The notes under the pieces are model-generated. The model made no database searches. It was not told the origin of the DNA and worked only from the letters and a program-made list of their open reading frames with translations. From positions 2,114,227 through 2,178,226 of the forward strand of contig OY970345.1 in NCBI GenBank assembly GCA_963717545.1: DNA of 64,000 bases. Reading direction: 5' to 3'. The translations under genes and the position numbers were made by a program. This DNA comes from an uncultured Verrucomicrobiae bacterium (GTDB lineage Bacteria > Verrucomicrobiota > Verrucomicrobiia > Chthoniobacterales > UBA10450). Below are positions 1-8,636 of the stretch, one piece after another. Position 1 is the stretch's first letter. Each line of letters opens with the position of its first letter.

Positions 1-525
1 GACCGGCTTCGTTTCGAAGATTTCACCCCGCTTCCCTGTGGCGATCCGAATTGCGCGACGATCGGTTACCTCCTGAAGGCAAACGGCCGCACCTACTCGA
101 TCAGCGACTTTATCGATTTCGCGCAGGTGCAGGGATTCCTCCGCGACAAGGTCCGCTACAAACTCGAGGACCTCATGAAATGCGGATGCGATTCGGAACC
201 GCTCGGCGAGATGCTCCGGCAGTTCGAGTTGAACGAGACAAACACCTTCCGCCTTTTCATCAAACCGTTCATGGACGCCTCGACCTGGGACGAAGATCGG
301 ATCGATCGCTGTTGCACCCACGTCATCCGGCCCGACGGAAAATTGGATTCGTTTTGTCGTTATTACTCCGGATTCGCCGATGCGCGGGTCGCGCCGGATG
401 AGAATGCGACCGCTGTTTGCGGATGCAACGGCGAAACGCATCAAGGAGACGCGCTTTCCAAACCGCCCGTGTGCAGCGCCATTATAGAGGGCGGTTTGGA
501 AAGCGCCCCTCCTTGTGGCTGCTAG
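1..525 (+). CDS. radical SAM-family enzyme, C-terminal fragment (5' end outside the window)
   Basis: Frame 1 is open from base 1 (DRLRFEDFTPLPCGDPNCATIGY...) to TAG 523-525. Cys-rich tail motifs PCGDPNC, KCGC, FMDxxTWDxDRIxRCCTH and DSFCRYY are recalled from COG1964-type radical SAM proteins (the family containing archaeal tetraether lipid synthase). The CxxxCxxC cluster itself is not in the window. Confidence 0.45.
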   Translation, partial: DRLRFEDFTPLPCGDPNCATIGYLLKANGRTYSISDFIDFAQVQGFLRDKVRYKLEDLMKCGCDSEPLGEMLRQFELNETNTFRLFIKPFMDASTWDEDRIDRCCTHVIRPDGKLDSFCRYYSGFADARVAPDENATAVCGCNGETHQGDALSKPPVCSAIIEGGLESAPPCGC

Positions 526-543
526 TCGGCGCGAAGACTTCCC

Positions 544-1245
544 ATGACCATCTCGCCTTACACCTGGCTTCTCCTCGCCGGTATCGTGATCAGCTTCTTT
601 TTCTGGAAACGCCGGGCCCGTCAGGACCGCCGCCTCCTATTTATTTACGGCGCCGCGCTGGTCGGCGCATTCTTCGGGGCCAAACTCGTTTACCTCCTGG
701 CCGAGGGCTGGCTCCACTTCGGCGCGTTCGACATGTGGCTCCAACTCGCCGCCGGTAAATCAATTCTTGGCGCGCTCCTCGGAGGCTACGTTTTCGTCGA
801 GCTGGCCAAGCTCTTTGTGGGATACGATCGGGCCACCGGCGATGACTTCGCCCTGATTGCCCCGATCAGCATCGCGCTCGGACGCATCGGTTGTGTGCTG
901 CACGGTTGCTGTCTGGGCGCCGATGTGTTCGCCGGGCTGGTACACAATTAATGATGCCGAAGGTACTCCGCGCTGGCCTGCAGCCCCCGCCGAACTGGCA
1001 TTTAATGTCATCGCCTTCGCTCTCTTTACTTTTCTTCGGCGGCAGAAACTTCTGCCCGGCCAGCATTTCCATCTCTACCTGATCGGTTACGGCTTGTTTC
1101 GCTTCGCCCACGAGTTTGTTCGCGCGACTCCGCGACTGCTCGGCCATTTTCCGGTTATCATTTCGCCGCGGTCGCAGTCGCTCTCTTCGGGTCTGGTCTG
1201 TTTTGCGCGCCGCCAAAAATTGTTGGCTGGCTTGACCGCCAATGA
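544..1245 (+). pseudogene. lgt: prolipoprotein diacylglyceryl transferase (Lgt), reading frame broken twice
   Basis: The N-terminal part is in frame 1 (544 to about 915: ...SIALGRIGCVLHGCCLGA). The middle is in frame 2 (about 915-1140: PGWYTINDAEGTPRWPAAPAELAFNVIAFALF...YLIGYGLFRFAHEFVR, classic Lgt blocks). The hydrophobic tail returns to frame 1 (about 1144-1245: PFSGYHFAAVAVALFGSGLF...DRQ*). Frame 1 has a TAA at 949-951. The final TGA overlaps the next ATG as ATGA. Confidence 0.75.
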
Positions 1246-1875
1246 TCGGAACGGCGCGAAGGCGCGCCCGCTCCCACCGTCGCCTGACCCTTGCCTCATC
1301 GACACCAGACATCAGGCGCGGCGCACCCTACCTTGGTCTAAACCATGGCGACATCGTCCACGCCGCCGGCACGCCTATAGCGTTCGCCGCGGAAATCGAT
1401 CGCGTCCCGGCAAACATCGATCACTTCTGGATCACGATCGGCCTCGGGACGGGCGACCCGATTCGCGTCGCCCTCAGCACCCACTCACGTCAAAATGCTG
1501 CTGCCGGATTCGACCCGCGCCTTCGCCTCGGGATCGTCGCCTCAACTTGGACAGGAATTGCCGCCGGTCCGGTTTGGCGAAGTCGCCCGGCCTCGATTAT
1601 CGCGCGATCGGACAGCCGCTTCACCGGTAAGCTTACCTCGAATACGAACGGCCCGCACTCGAAGCGCTTACTTGCCGAAAAAGCGGAGCGCGCCGTTTTA
1701 TCGAAGCGTGGGGCGAGCTCTACATCCGCACCCACGTCGGCATCCACCAGGTCCACAGCATGCGTGCCAGTTGCAGTGTCGCCCGCGATCTGATCGGCCG
1801 CGACGGTGCCATCCGCTTTTATTTCCCGAAGGTCACGCCGAGCTCCTCCTCTTCAAATATTGCGGCCAGCCTTAA
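1242..1875 (+). pseudogene. DUF2278 / YukJ-like protein, multiply frameshifted remnant
   Basis: Family-like blocks are scattered over all three plus frames. Frame 3 (1242 to about 1530): YLGLNHGDIV...DHFWITIGLGTGDPIRVALSTHS. Frame 2 (about 1590-1630): SPGLDYRAIGQPL. Frame 2 (about 1700-1830): RRFIEAWGELYIRTHVGIHQVHSM...GRDGAIRFYF. Frame 1 (stop 1873-1875): PEGHAELLLFKYCGQP*. Confidence 0.45.
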
Positions 1876-1925
1876 CGCCGTCGGACCATCCTCCATCTCC
1901 CACCCTCTATTGGCTCGCTCGAAAA

Positions 1926-2007
1926 TACCAGGGAGGGGACTCGAACCCCTAAGGATTGCTCCACCAGATCCTAAGTCTGGCGCGTCTGCCAATTTCGCCA
2001 CCCTGGC
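1926..2007 (-). tRNA. tRNA-Leu (anticodon UAG), long variable arm
   Basis: The reverse complement GCCAGGGTGGCGAAATTGGCAGACGCGCCAGACTTAGGATCTGGTGGAGCAATCCTTAGGGGTTCGAGTCCCCTCCCTGGTA folds as a cloverleaf. It has a 7-bp acceptor stem (G1-U72 wobble), D stem GCG/CGC, anticodon stem CCAGA/TCTGG with loop CTTAGGA, a 13-nt variable arm and T arm AGGGG-TTCGAGT-CCCCT. No CCA is encoded. Confidence 0.9.
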
Positions 2008-2156
2008 TTAGCCGATCTCCATCTATTAATGGATAAATAAGTATCCCTTCTTAGGCAGCCATCGCAAGGCTGGCCTCTCGCTGGCCCGCCAGCATCACTT
2101 TCAATCTACCGCGACGTCTTCGCGAATTCCTGGGAGGCTCGACAAAGACGACTTAA

Positions 2157-2927
2157 TTACTGCTCCTGGTAATTCCACATCAGCCCCCCATCGACGAAAA
2201 CGGTGGAGGCGGTGATGTAATCGGCATCAGCGGAAGCGAGGAACGCAACCACACCCGCAACATCTTCGGGCGACCCGAGTCGACGAAGTGGAATCTGAGC
2301 CAAGAGCGCCTCGAGCTTCGGCTTGTCTCCGAGGAGCGCGGTATTGATCGGTGTGGCGATTGCGCCGGGGGCCACGCCATTAACGGTGATGCCATGCGGC
2401 GCCAGCTCTACGGCCAGATCGCGCGTCAGCATCTTCACGCCGCCTTTACTCGCGCAGTAGCTCGCGAACCCCGGGAAAGGCAGTTCTTCGTGAACCGAAG
2501 AAATATTGATCACCTTGCCGCCGCCTCCGCGTGCGATCGCCGCGCGAGCGAACGCCTGGGTCGCGAAGAACACAGCTTTCAGATTTACGTCGAGGACGCG
2601 ATCGTAGGATGCTTCGTCTACGTCGACGAACGCTTGTTGCTTCTCGATTCCCGCATTGTTCACGAGCACATCGAGGCGGCCGAGCTGCTCGACAGTTTCG
2701 CTTACCAGCCGCTCCACCTCCGCGACTTTGCTGACGTCCCCCTGGAGAATAATACCGCGCCCGGCCACGGCTTCGACCGCGGCGAGCGTTTTCTCGGCGC
2801 CCTCACGATCGTTCCGATAATTGATCGCAACCCGGGCTCCGTCCTGCGCAAGGCGGACCGCGATCCCCGCGCCAATGCCCGAGCTGCTGCCGGTGACGAG
2901 GGCTGTCTTATCGGCCAGGCGTTTCAT
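2157..2927 (-). CDS. short-chain dehydrogenase/reductase (glucose 1-dehydrogenase-like)
   Basis: 256-aa ORF with the Rossmann motif VTGSSSGIGAGIA, NNAG, and catalytic Ser...YCASK. The ending VDGGLM is typical of classical SDRs. Confidence 0.85.
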   Translation of the reverse strand: MKRLADKTALVTGSSSGIGAGIAVRLAQDGARVAINYRNDREGAEKTLAAVEAVAGRGIILQGDVSKVAEVERLVSETVEQLGRLDVLVNNAGIEKQQAFVDVDEASYDRVLDVNLKAVFFATQAFARAAIARGGGGKVINISSVHEELPFPGFASYCASKGGVKMLTRDLAVELAPHGITVNGVAPGAIATPINTALLGDKPKLEALLAQIPLRRLGSPEDVAGVVAFLASADADYITASTVFVDGGLMWNYQEQ

Positions 2928-3021
2928 CGGGCGGCAATTGAGTCATGTTTGCACCATCAATGCGATCGCAGCTTTGGGACAGACGAAATTATTATGTCGA
3001 GTGGACGTCACCCACGCCTGG

Positions 3022-3109
3022 ATTGTAGACGTTCGCCTGCGGCGAACGCGGGACAAAGCATGGCAGCAATTGACCCCCCATCCGTCGGCCACAGGCCGAC
3101 GTCTACAAT
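3022..3109. repeat. REPIN-like inverted pair of GTAG-headed REP hairpins
   Basis: ATTGTAGACGT followed by stem CGTTCGCC-tgc-GGCGAACG (3022-3048) faces an inverted partner with stem CGTCGGCC-aca-GGCCGACG followed by ACGTCTACAAT (3083-3109). The 11-nt heads are identical. The stems differ by paired, compensatory substitutions. It lies just 3' of the gntK stop. Confidence 0.7.
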
Positions 3110-3115
3110 TGTTCA

Positions 3116-3631
3116 TCACGCACTAAGAAGGGCCGCGGCTTTGCGCGCCAGTTCTTCGGGCTTTTCCGAAATGTTGAGCACTACACCAGATTCATCGGGA
3201 TCCAGCCGCTCAAGTGTTTCCAACTGCGACTGGAGCAGCGTTGGCGGCATGAAGTGACCCTTGCGGCCGGCGAGGCGTTTCGTCAGCAGTTCACAAGAAC
3301 CCTCCAGAAACACAAAGCGAGCTGTTGGATCAGCGGCGCGGATGATGTCCCGATAAGATTTTTTCAATGCGCTGCAGGCGATAACCAGTGATTCGCCTCC
3401 GGCGTGGGCGAGCTTCTGCCCGACTGCTTCGAGCCACGGCTTTCGATCGGCGTCGTTAAGCGGCGTGCCGGCCGCCATTTTTGCGACGTTGCTTTCGGGA
3501 TGAAGGGAATCGCCGTCAATAAATGTCGCACCAAGTTCCTGCGCGAGCAGTTCGCCGACGGTCGATTTGCCGGAGCCGGAGACTCCCATCACCACGACAT
3601 GTTGCGTCGTCACTGGTCGCCCACCATCCAT
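3116..3631 (-). CDS. gntK: gluconokinase
   Basis: P-loop GVSGSGKST, followed by FIDGDSLHP and PLNDADRKPWL. The size of 171 aa fits the GntK/IdnK family. Confidence 0.85.
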   Translation of the reverse strand: MDGGRPVTTQHVVVMGVSGSGKSTVGELLAQELGATFIDGDSLHPESNVAKMAAGTPLNDADRKPWLEAVGQKLAHAGGESLVIACSALKKSYRDIIRAADPTARFVFLEGSCELLTKRLAGRKGHFMPPTLLQSQLETLERLDPDESGVVLNISEKPEELARKAAALLSA

Positions 3632-3651
3632 CCTTCAGTCGTTTAACTTGT

Positions 3652-4665
3652 TCATTTAATCATAGGTCTTTGCAATTCGAGCAGACCAACTCGAATTAGT
3701 TCGGAAAAATTCGGCAGGGCGTCCGCAGCTTTGGCGCGCGGGTTGATCAGGCTGCGCGCTTTAAGTTCGGGGAACGGAACTCCTGCGGTGACAATGGTGT
3801 GGCGCTCGAACATCAGTTCGTCGGCTTTGCCATTGAGAAGGAGGCGCCAATCCCACGGAATTCGGTCGGCGGTAGGATGCTGGTCGCGGATGCTCGTGGT
3901 GCAGTTCGTCGTAATAGCGTTATACCATCGGGGGTGCTCGCGAATCTCATTGAGGGAACGCAGGTATTCGTAAAAGCGCTCCTGCGCCTGCGAGGCGCTC
4001 ATCGTGGTCCGGTAAAGATAGACGTCTTCACCGTGGCGGTAGTTTGTCCGGAGACGGATTACGTCGCGCTCGTCGGCGACGATGTAGATCAGTGCGAACT
4101 GCCGGTAGAGACCGCCGATGGCCGAATAGGTTTGGCCGACTTGCTTTCGTGTCTCGATCGAGAAGCAAACAGGAGGCGCGTCCGCGAACTGGAAGCTAAC
4201 TATCGGATGCGCCATCCACGGCGAGCCCCAATAGTTGATCGCCAAGTCAACGCCGGTGAGTTGCGAGATGCGCACGGTCCGCGTTTCCCAGCGGGCGGTG
4301 TAATCGGTCTCGGTGCGGTAGTCGTTGTTGCGAACATTGTGCAGGGTAACTTCGTCGCCGTTGATTTCCGCCCACGCGAGTTGGGCAACGTCAGGTTGCC
4401 AGTTGCCTTCGTTACTCGGCCTGATTGTGAACCACCACGCGAGGACCACAGCGAAGCCTGCCGCGACCAGACCCACCGCGCGCCCGCGCGGTTTGATCAA
4501 AAACAGCGCAGCCATCGTTGCCAGGCCATAGACGAGGGCGAGCGGCAGGCGGAGCCAGGCGATGGGGAGATCGTAGTAAAGCGCGCCGGCCCCCCAGGCA
4601 ATCGCCATAAGACCGACCAGTCCGCCCAGAGCGACAATCAGAAAGCGGAGCGCTTTGCGCATCAC
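3652..4665 (-). CDS. DUF4105 (Lnb-like periplasmic domain) membrane protein
   Basis: Three N-terminal hydrophobic helices are followed by blocks recalled from DUF4105 (NWQPD, LHNVRN, YWGSPWMAHP, SIETRK, YNAITTNCTT). Confidence 0.6.
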   Translation of the reverse strand: MMRKALRFLIVALGGLVGLMAIAWGAGALYYDLPIAWLRLPLALVYGLATMAALFLIKPRGRAVGLVAAGFAVVLAWWFTIRPSNEGNWQPDVAQLAWAEINGDEVTLHNVRNNDYRTETDYTARWETRTVRISQLTGVDLAINYWGSPWMAHPIVSFQFADAPPVCFSIETRKQVGQTYSAIGGLYRQFALIYIVADERDVIRLRTNYRHGEDVYLYRTTMSASQAQERFYEYLRSLNEIREHPRWYNAITTNCTTSIRDQHPTADRIPWDWRLLLNGKADELMFERHTIVTAGVPFPELKARSLINPRAKAADALPNFSELIRVGLLELQRPMIK

Positions 4666-4681
4666 CAGACCGCGCCTCGCT

Positions 4682-5926
4682 TCATTTCTTCGCGAGGACG
4701 TCGGTCGCGAGCTCGATCTTTCGATTCTTCAACTCCTGCGCGGCGCGTTCGGAAACTTTTCCGTCCACCCACAGGGCGAGCCCTTTCACCTTAGCGTTAC
4801 TTTGCGGCAACTGGCTAAAGACTTCGACACGGTTGGCGTTGTCTTCGTTCCAAATCGCATAATCGCACGAGAGCGGCACCACCAGGATCCCATTCGAGTC
4901 GATGGCGCAAACTCTTCCTTCCTCAAGCCGGATCTCGCTCAACGGCGCCTTCGCCTTGTGATAACGCGCCAGGACTTGCGCGAGACTTTGAAAATAGATT
5001 GTGTCCTGTTCTGTTAAGGCACGATTTGCCTGTTCGAGATACTGGGTCGGATCGACCCCGATGGTAGCAAGCGCGTCCGTGACGATGGTTTCATGCCAGG
5101 GCGAATACCAGGGATGCATCAGAAACTCATCGACGCTCTCCTTCCTGGCCTTCAGGGCGAGAAGTTTCTTCCGATTCATCGCGTGCAACTCGTCGGGCGT
5201 AGAATTGATCAACGCGTCCTGCAGGGTTTGGTTCACATTCAGAACCGTAATGGCGCTGCCGGCCGGGCCGGCGACTACGCCTGTGGCCAGGTTAAGAACC
5301 AACCCACCCCCGGCCATGGCGCGCGCGGTATTAGTAAGCTGCTCCTGCAATTCCTGATTGGTCGAATAAGGGCTTACTCCGAGCTTGGCCGCCAGCTTCA
5401 CCTTTGCCTTCTCCACGCCGGTAATACCCTGCAGGTTCTTACTTTCATTGTTGGACCCGGCGCTTTTTAAGGTGTCACCGATTCGGCCAAAAAACCGCGA
5501 GGCCCCTTGAGGGACGCGCTTGATGGTCCCGACCGGATCTTTTACGATCCCTTTGACGCTCTCGATTTTTTGCTTGCCGGCGGCTGCCATCGCTTTGCCG
5601 AACTCTTCCGTCTTGCTCGTGGCGCGCAGTTTATCGATGGCGTAGATCTCGCGAATCCTGGTGCGCAGGGCCGGGCCGGTTGTCACCTCGAATACCTGGC
5701 CTCCTGAATCGACGTAGTACGTGTTCACCAACCTATCGTTCTCCGCCTGCGGTCGGACGGAGTGAAGTGGCCCCTTCATCACATCCTCGGGCAGAAACAA
5801 TTTTGCCTCGACTGGACCGACGCTCTCGAAAGCGGTGTCGGTTGGAGGTGCAGGTGTAGGATCGCTTTGGGCGAACGCCGTCGCGGCGAGCAAGCCGAGA
5901 ACAATGAAAATGGGTTTTGTTAGCAT
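4682..5926 (-). CDS. hypothetical secreted protein
   Basis: 414-aa ORF with an N-terminal signal peptide (IFIVLGLLAATAFAQ). I recognise no domain. It is tightly packed between the DUF4105 and L,D-transpeptidase genes. Confidence 0.6.
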   Translation of the reverse strand: MLTKPIFIVLGLLAATAFAQSDPTPAPPTDTAFESVGPVEAKLFLPEDVMKGPLHSVRPQAENDRLVNTYYVDSGGQVFEVTTGPALRTRIREIYAIDKLRATSKTEEFGKAMAAAGKQKIESVKGIVKDPVGTIKRVPQGASRFFGRIGDTLKSAGSNNESKNLQGITGVEKAKVKLAAKLGVSPYSTNQELQEQLTNTARAMAGGGLVLNLATGVVAGPAGSAITVLNVNQTLQDALINSTPDELHAMNRKKLLALKARKESVDEFLMHPWYSPWHETIVTDALATIGVDPTQYLEQANRALTEQDTIYFQSLAQVLARYHKAKAPLSEIRLEEGRVCAIDSNGILVVPLSCDYAIWNEDNANRVEVFSQLPQSNAKVKGLALWVDGKVSERAAQELKNRKIELATDVLAKK

Positions 5927-5935
5927 AAGATTAGT

Positions 5936-6910
5936 TCACTTTTTCTGAGCAGCCGTAAGGATGTTGAAGCCCGGACCGCTCCGGGTTCGATCGCTCACCG
6001 GCGCGTCCGTAAGAACGAGGGTCGTACCCGGGGTAACAAGCTCTCGCGCGTGGCTGAGGAACTCTGGAGCAATCACCACCTTGTCCGCCAGCTCTGAAAG
6101 GTTTGGCGCGCGGCCACCTACGCTCGCCTTCGAAATCCAACTGCGTTTTCCGTCGAACCCAACTGCCGACAAAGCCGAATAAATGTGCGTCCCGGAAATT
6201 CGTTCGATGCCGCGGATCGACGCGCGGCCGATTTCCACGCCGTTGCGATACACGTAACCGGCCCGGTCCGCTGTGCTGATGATGATTGAGACGGGCCCGT
6301 TAGGTGACTTGTCCGGGGCCCAGGTGAACCCTGCAGGCGCGATGTAGGTCTCACTGGTGTGGCTCGAAAAAACCAGGCCCGGTTTTGTCGTGTTGATCGG
6401 GCTCGCCTTGTTGTCCGCAATGACAACCGTTGTTCCGAGCTTGGTCACCGTGTAAAGCTTGGCCGCGAAATCTTCCGGCAATCGCACACAACCATGCGAC
6501 GCGGGATATCCCGGTAACTGACCAGCATGCATCGCAATACCGCTCCAGGTCAGTCTCTGCATGTTCGGCATCTTGGCGCCCTTGTAGATGCTCGATTCGT
6601 GATCAACCTTCTTTTGCAGGACAGTGAACACCCCCGTTGGTGTGCGATGGCCTGAAGTCCCAGTGCTTACCGTCGAACGCCCGATGCGGACGCCATTACG
6701 ATAAACGTACATGACCTGATCTGGGAGACTGACAATCACAACCACCGGCCCTTCTGGTGAGATTTCGGGGTGCCAGACGTAATCGCCCGGTTTGAACTCG
6801 GGTGTGAAGGGGGCGACCTGATCGCCTTTCGTAAACTTCGCGCCGCGAGCAGAAGGCAAAACAGCCAGGAGAAGAACTGTGATGATGGTTTGAGTCAGTC
6901 GGTAGAGCAT
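5936..6910 (-). CDS. L,D-transpeptidase (YkuD domain) family protein
   Basis: Signal peptide, then the catalytic block HAGQLPGYPASHGCVRLP. A second YkuD-like half follows but lacks the Cys. Confidence 0.8.
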   Translation of the reverse strand: MLYRLTQTIITVLLLAVLPSARGAKFTKGDQVAPFTPEFKPGDYVWHPEISPEGPVVVIVSLPDQVMYVYRNGVRIGRSTVSTGTSGHRTPTGVFTVLQKKVDHESSIYKGAKMPNMQRLTWSGIAMHAGQLPGYPASHGCVRLPEDFAAKLYTVTKLGTTVVIADNKASPINTTKPGLVFSSHTSETYIAPAGFTWAPDKSPNGPVSIIISTADRAGYVYRNGVEIGRASIRGIERISGTHIYSALSAVGFDGKRSWISKASVGGRAPNLSELADKVVIAPEFLSHARELVTPGTTLVLTDAPVSDRTRSGPGFNILTAAQKK

Positions 6911-6926
6911 ACGGGTAAGACTTGGG

Positions 6927-8570
6927 TCAACGGGATGCGGCGTTCAGCTTTAGAATGCGATGGACCTCGGCGATAGCTTTTGGATTGAGAGGCGAGGTGT
7001 GATTAGATGGGACGATCAGCTCACTGGCCGCGCCGTCGAAGTGACTGCTCCAGTAAGCTACGACGCCGTCCGTGCTGTTTGGCGAATCTCCCTTTCCCCG
7101 GTCGCCTATGATGCTGTGAAAGGGAATACCGGGTGCGGTCGGAATCTTGTTGATCGCGACCACGAAACGATTGTTCGGCGCCAGGGTGTCCACGCTATTC
7201 GGAAGACGTTTCAACTGAAGGGCTGCCGGATCGGGCTTAGCTGCTTCGCGGATAGTTTTGCCAATGGTCAGCATCTTCCCGGGCGTCTTAACCAGCATCG
7301 ATCCGAATCGGCCCATCCAGTTGCTCGCCATATCGCTGCCTTGATGGGGAGTCGACATGAAAATCACTCGTCCGATCTCTGGACGGTGCTTAAAGATTAG
7401 GGCTTGTTCGAGAAGACGTTTGCTCTCCGCGGGCATCTCGACTTGCTCCGGCGGCTTCCCGAAACCTTCCATCCAGAGCTTCGTCCCAGCGTCGGTAATC
7501 AGAGTCCGGCTAATGCATCCTCCCATGCTGTGACCTATTAGGACCATCGGCCGCTGCAGCGGATATTTTTTTTCGATGGCGTCCAGTTCCTGGCGAAGAA
7601 TGAGGGCGCTGTAGGGATAGGGGTAACCGCTGGGATAACTGAAAAACCAAAACTGGTAGTTGCGCCGGATTTCCTTATCACTGCGCAGGTCATTTACCAT
7701 TGGCGTCCACGTGGCCGGCGTATCCATCAGGCCGTGCAACACGAGGACCACAGCCTTGTTCGGATTGTATGGCTCAAGCCGGACGACCCGTGCCGTTTCA
7801 GCATATTGCTCCGGACGCAATAATCGGATAAGCCCAAGCTTTTGCGGTTTTTCCCTGGCTAACGCCAGAGCAAATGAAGCGGTGAAATCGGCGGCCAGGG
7901 CATAACTGTGGCCTTCCACCTGCACGTCTTCCACCGCCAGCGGATCGTGGATGGAGAGGACACAACGTGTTCCTTCGAATTCTACGACGCCCGTAACGCC
8001 GTAATAAATTACAGGTGGGGCGAACCTGGCAGCCGCTTCCTCCTTGGTCAGGCGACGGATGGCGACGAGGGGAGCTCCGACTCCGTCCTTCGTCTGGTGG
8101 TCCTTCACATATGCGCCCTTGTAAAAAAGTTCATCCGTGGGGACTAAATCGTACAAGGACGGGTTGTTCTCCGGCCGGGAACCTTTTCTGCCGCTGACCG
8201 TTAATTCGTTGTTTGCGCCGGCGCTGAAGGGTTGAGTCCACGGATCAAGCTTGGCCGCTCGGATGACGCCAAAGATGCCCGCGACGGCGAAATTGTAACA
8301 GCGCCGCGCTTCGATATTCGCCGGGTCTCGATTGAATTCGCGCAGGGAATCGCGGGCCGCCTTGGCGTAGGTCTCAAGCGCTACCAAAGGTTGAGTGCGC
8401 TCCAATCCCTGCGCTCGGCTGATAGTTTGCGCGACGGCTTGATTGGTTCCGGGAGTTGTCTGGAAACGTGCCGCTGGTTTCTCGGAGACAACTGCTATTT
8501 GCTCCGCGCAGCTGGCGAGAGCGAATGTCAGCGCGACAACTGCGACAGACTTTACGCAATCCATCTTCAT
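6927..8570 (-). CDS. alpha/beta-hydrolase lipoprotein (lipase/esterase-like)
   Basis: Lipobox FALASC, nucleophile elbow LIGHSMGG, and the downstream block STPHQGS. Confidence 0.7.
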   Translation of the reverse strand: MKMDCVKSVAVVALTFALASCAEQIAVVSEKPAARFQTTPGTNQAVAQTISRAQGLERTQPLVALETYAKAARDSLREFNRDPANIEARRCYNFAVAGIFGVIRAAKLDPWTQPFSAGANNELTVSGRKGSRPENNPSLYDLVPTDELFYKGAYVKDHQTKDGVGAPLVAIRRLTKEEAAARFAPPVIYYGVTGVVEFEGTRCVLSIHDPLAVEDVQVEGHSYALAADFTASFALALAREKPQKLGLIRLLRPEQYAETARVVRLEPYNPNKAVVLVLHGLMDTPATWTPMVNDLRSDKEIRRNYQFWFFSYPSGYPYPYSALILRQELDAIEKKYPLQRPMVLIGHSMGGCISRTLITDAGTKLWMEGFGKPPEQVEMPAESKRLLEQALIFKHRPEIGRVIFMSTPHQGSDMASNWMGRFGSMLVKTPGKMLTIGKTIREAAKPDPAALQLKRLPNSVDTLAPNNRFVVAINKIPTAPGIPFHSIIGDRGKGDSPNSTDGVVAYWSSHFDGAASELIVPSNHTSPLNPKAIAEVHRILKLNAASR

Positions 8571-8636
8571 GTCTGTCCGATCGGCCTCGTCTCGAGCGAC
8601 CAGCGCGATCGCCTCAAACCGTTCCCTCCGCGCACC

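Noticed and set aside
857-1630. 257-aa plus-strand ORF that could be read as an independent gene
   Set aside because: Only its first ~95 codons are meaningful, and they form the middle of Lgt. The remainder is Arg/Pro-rich out-of-frame sequence that overlaps the YukJ-like remnant. It is treated as part of the lgt pseudogene.
1819-2001. 60-aa minus-strand ORF
   Set aside because: It overlaps the tRNA-Leu gene almost entirely and is therefore an artefact of the tRNA sequence.
1926-3115. A tRNA-adjacent genomic island or integrated element
   Set aside because: I found no integrase, no direct repeat of the tRNA 3' end and no phage or IS genes. Only a short AT-rich spacer (about 2008-2060) and housekeeping-type genes follow.
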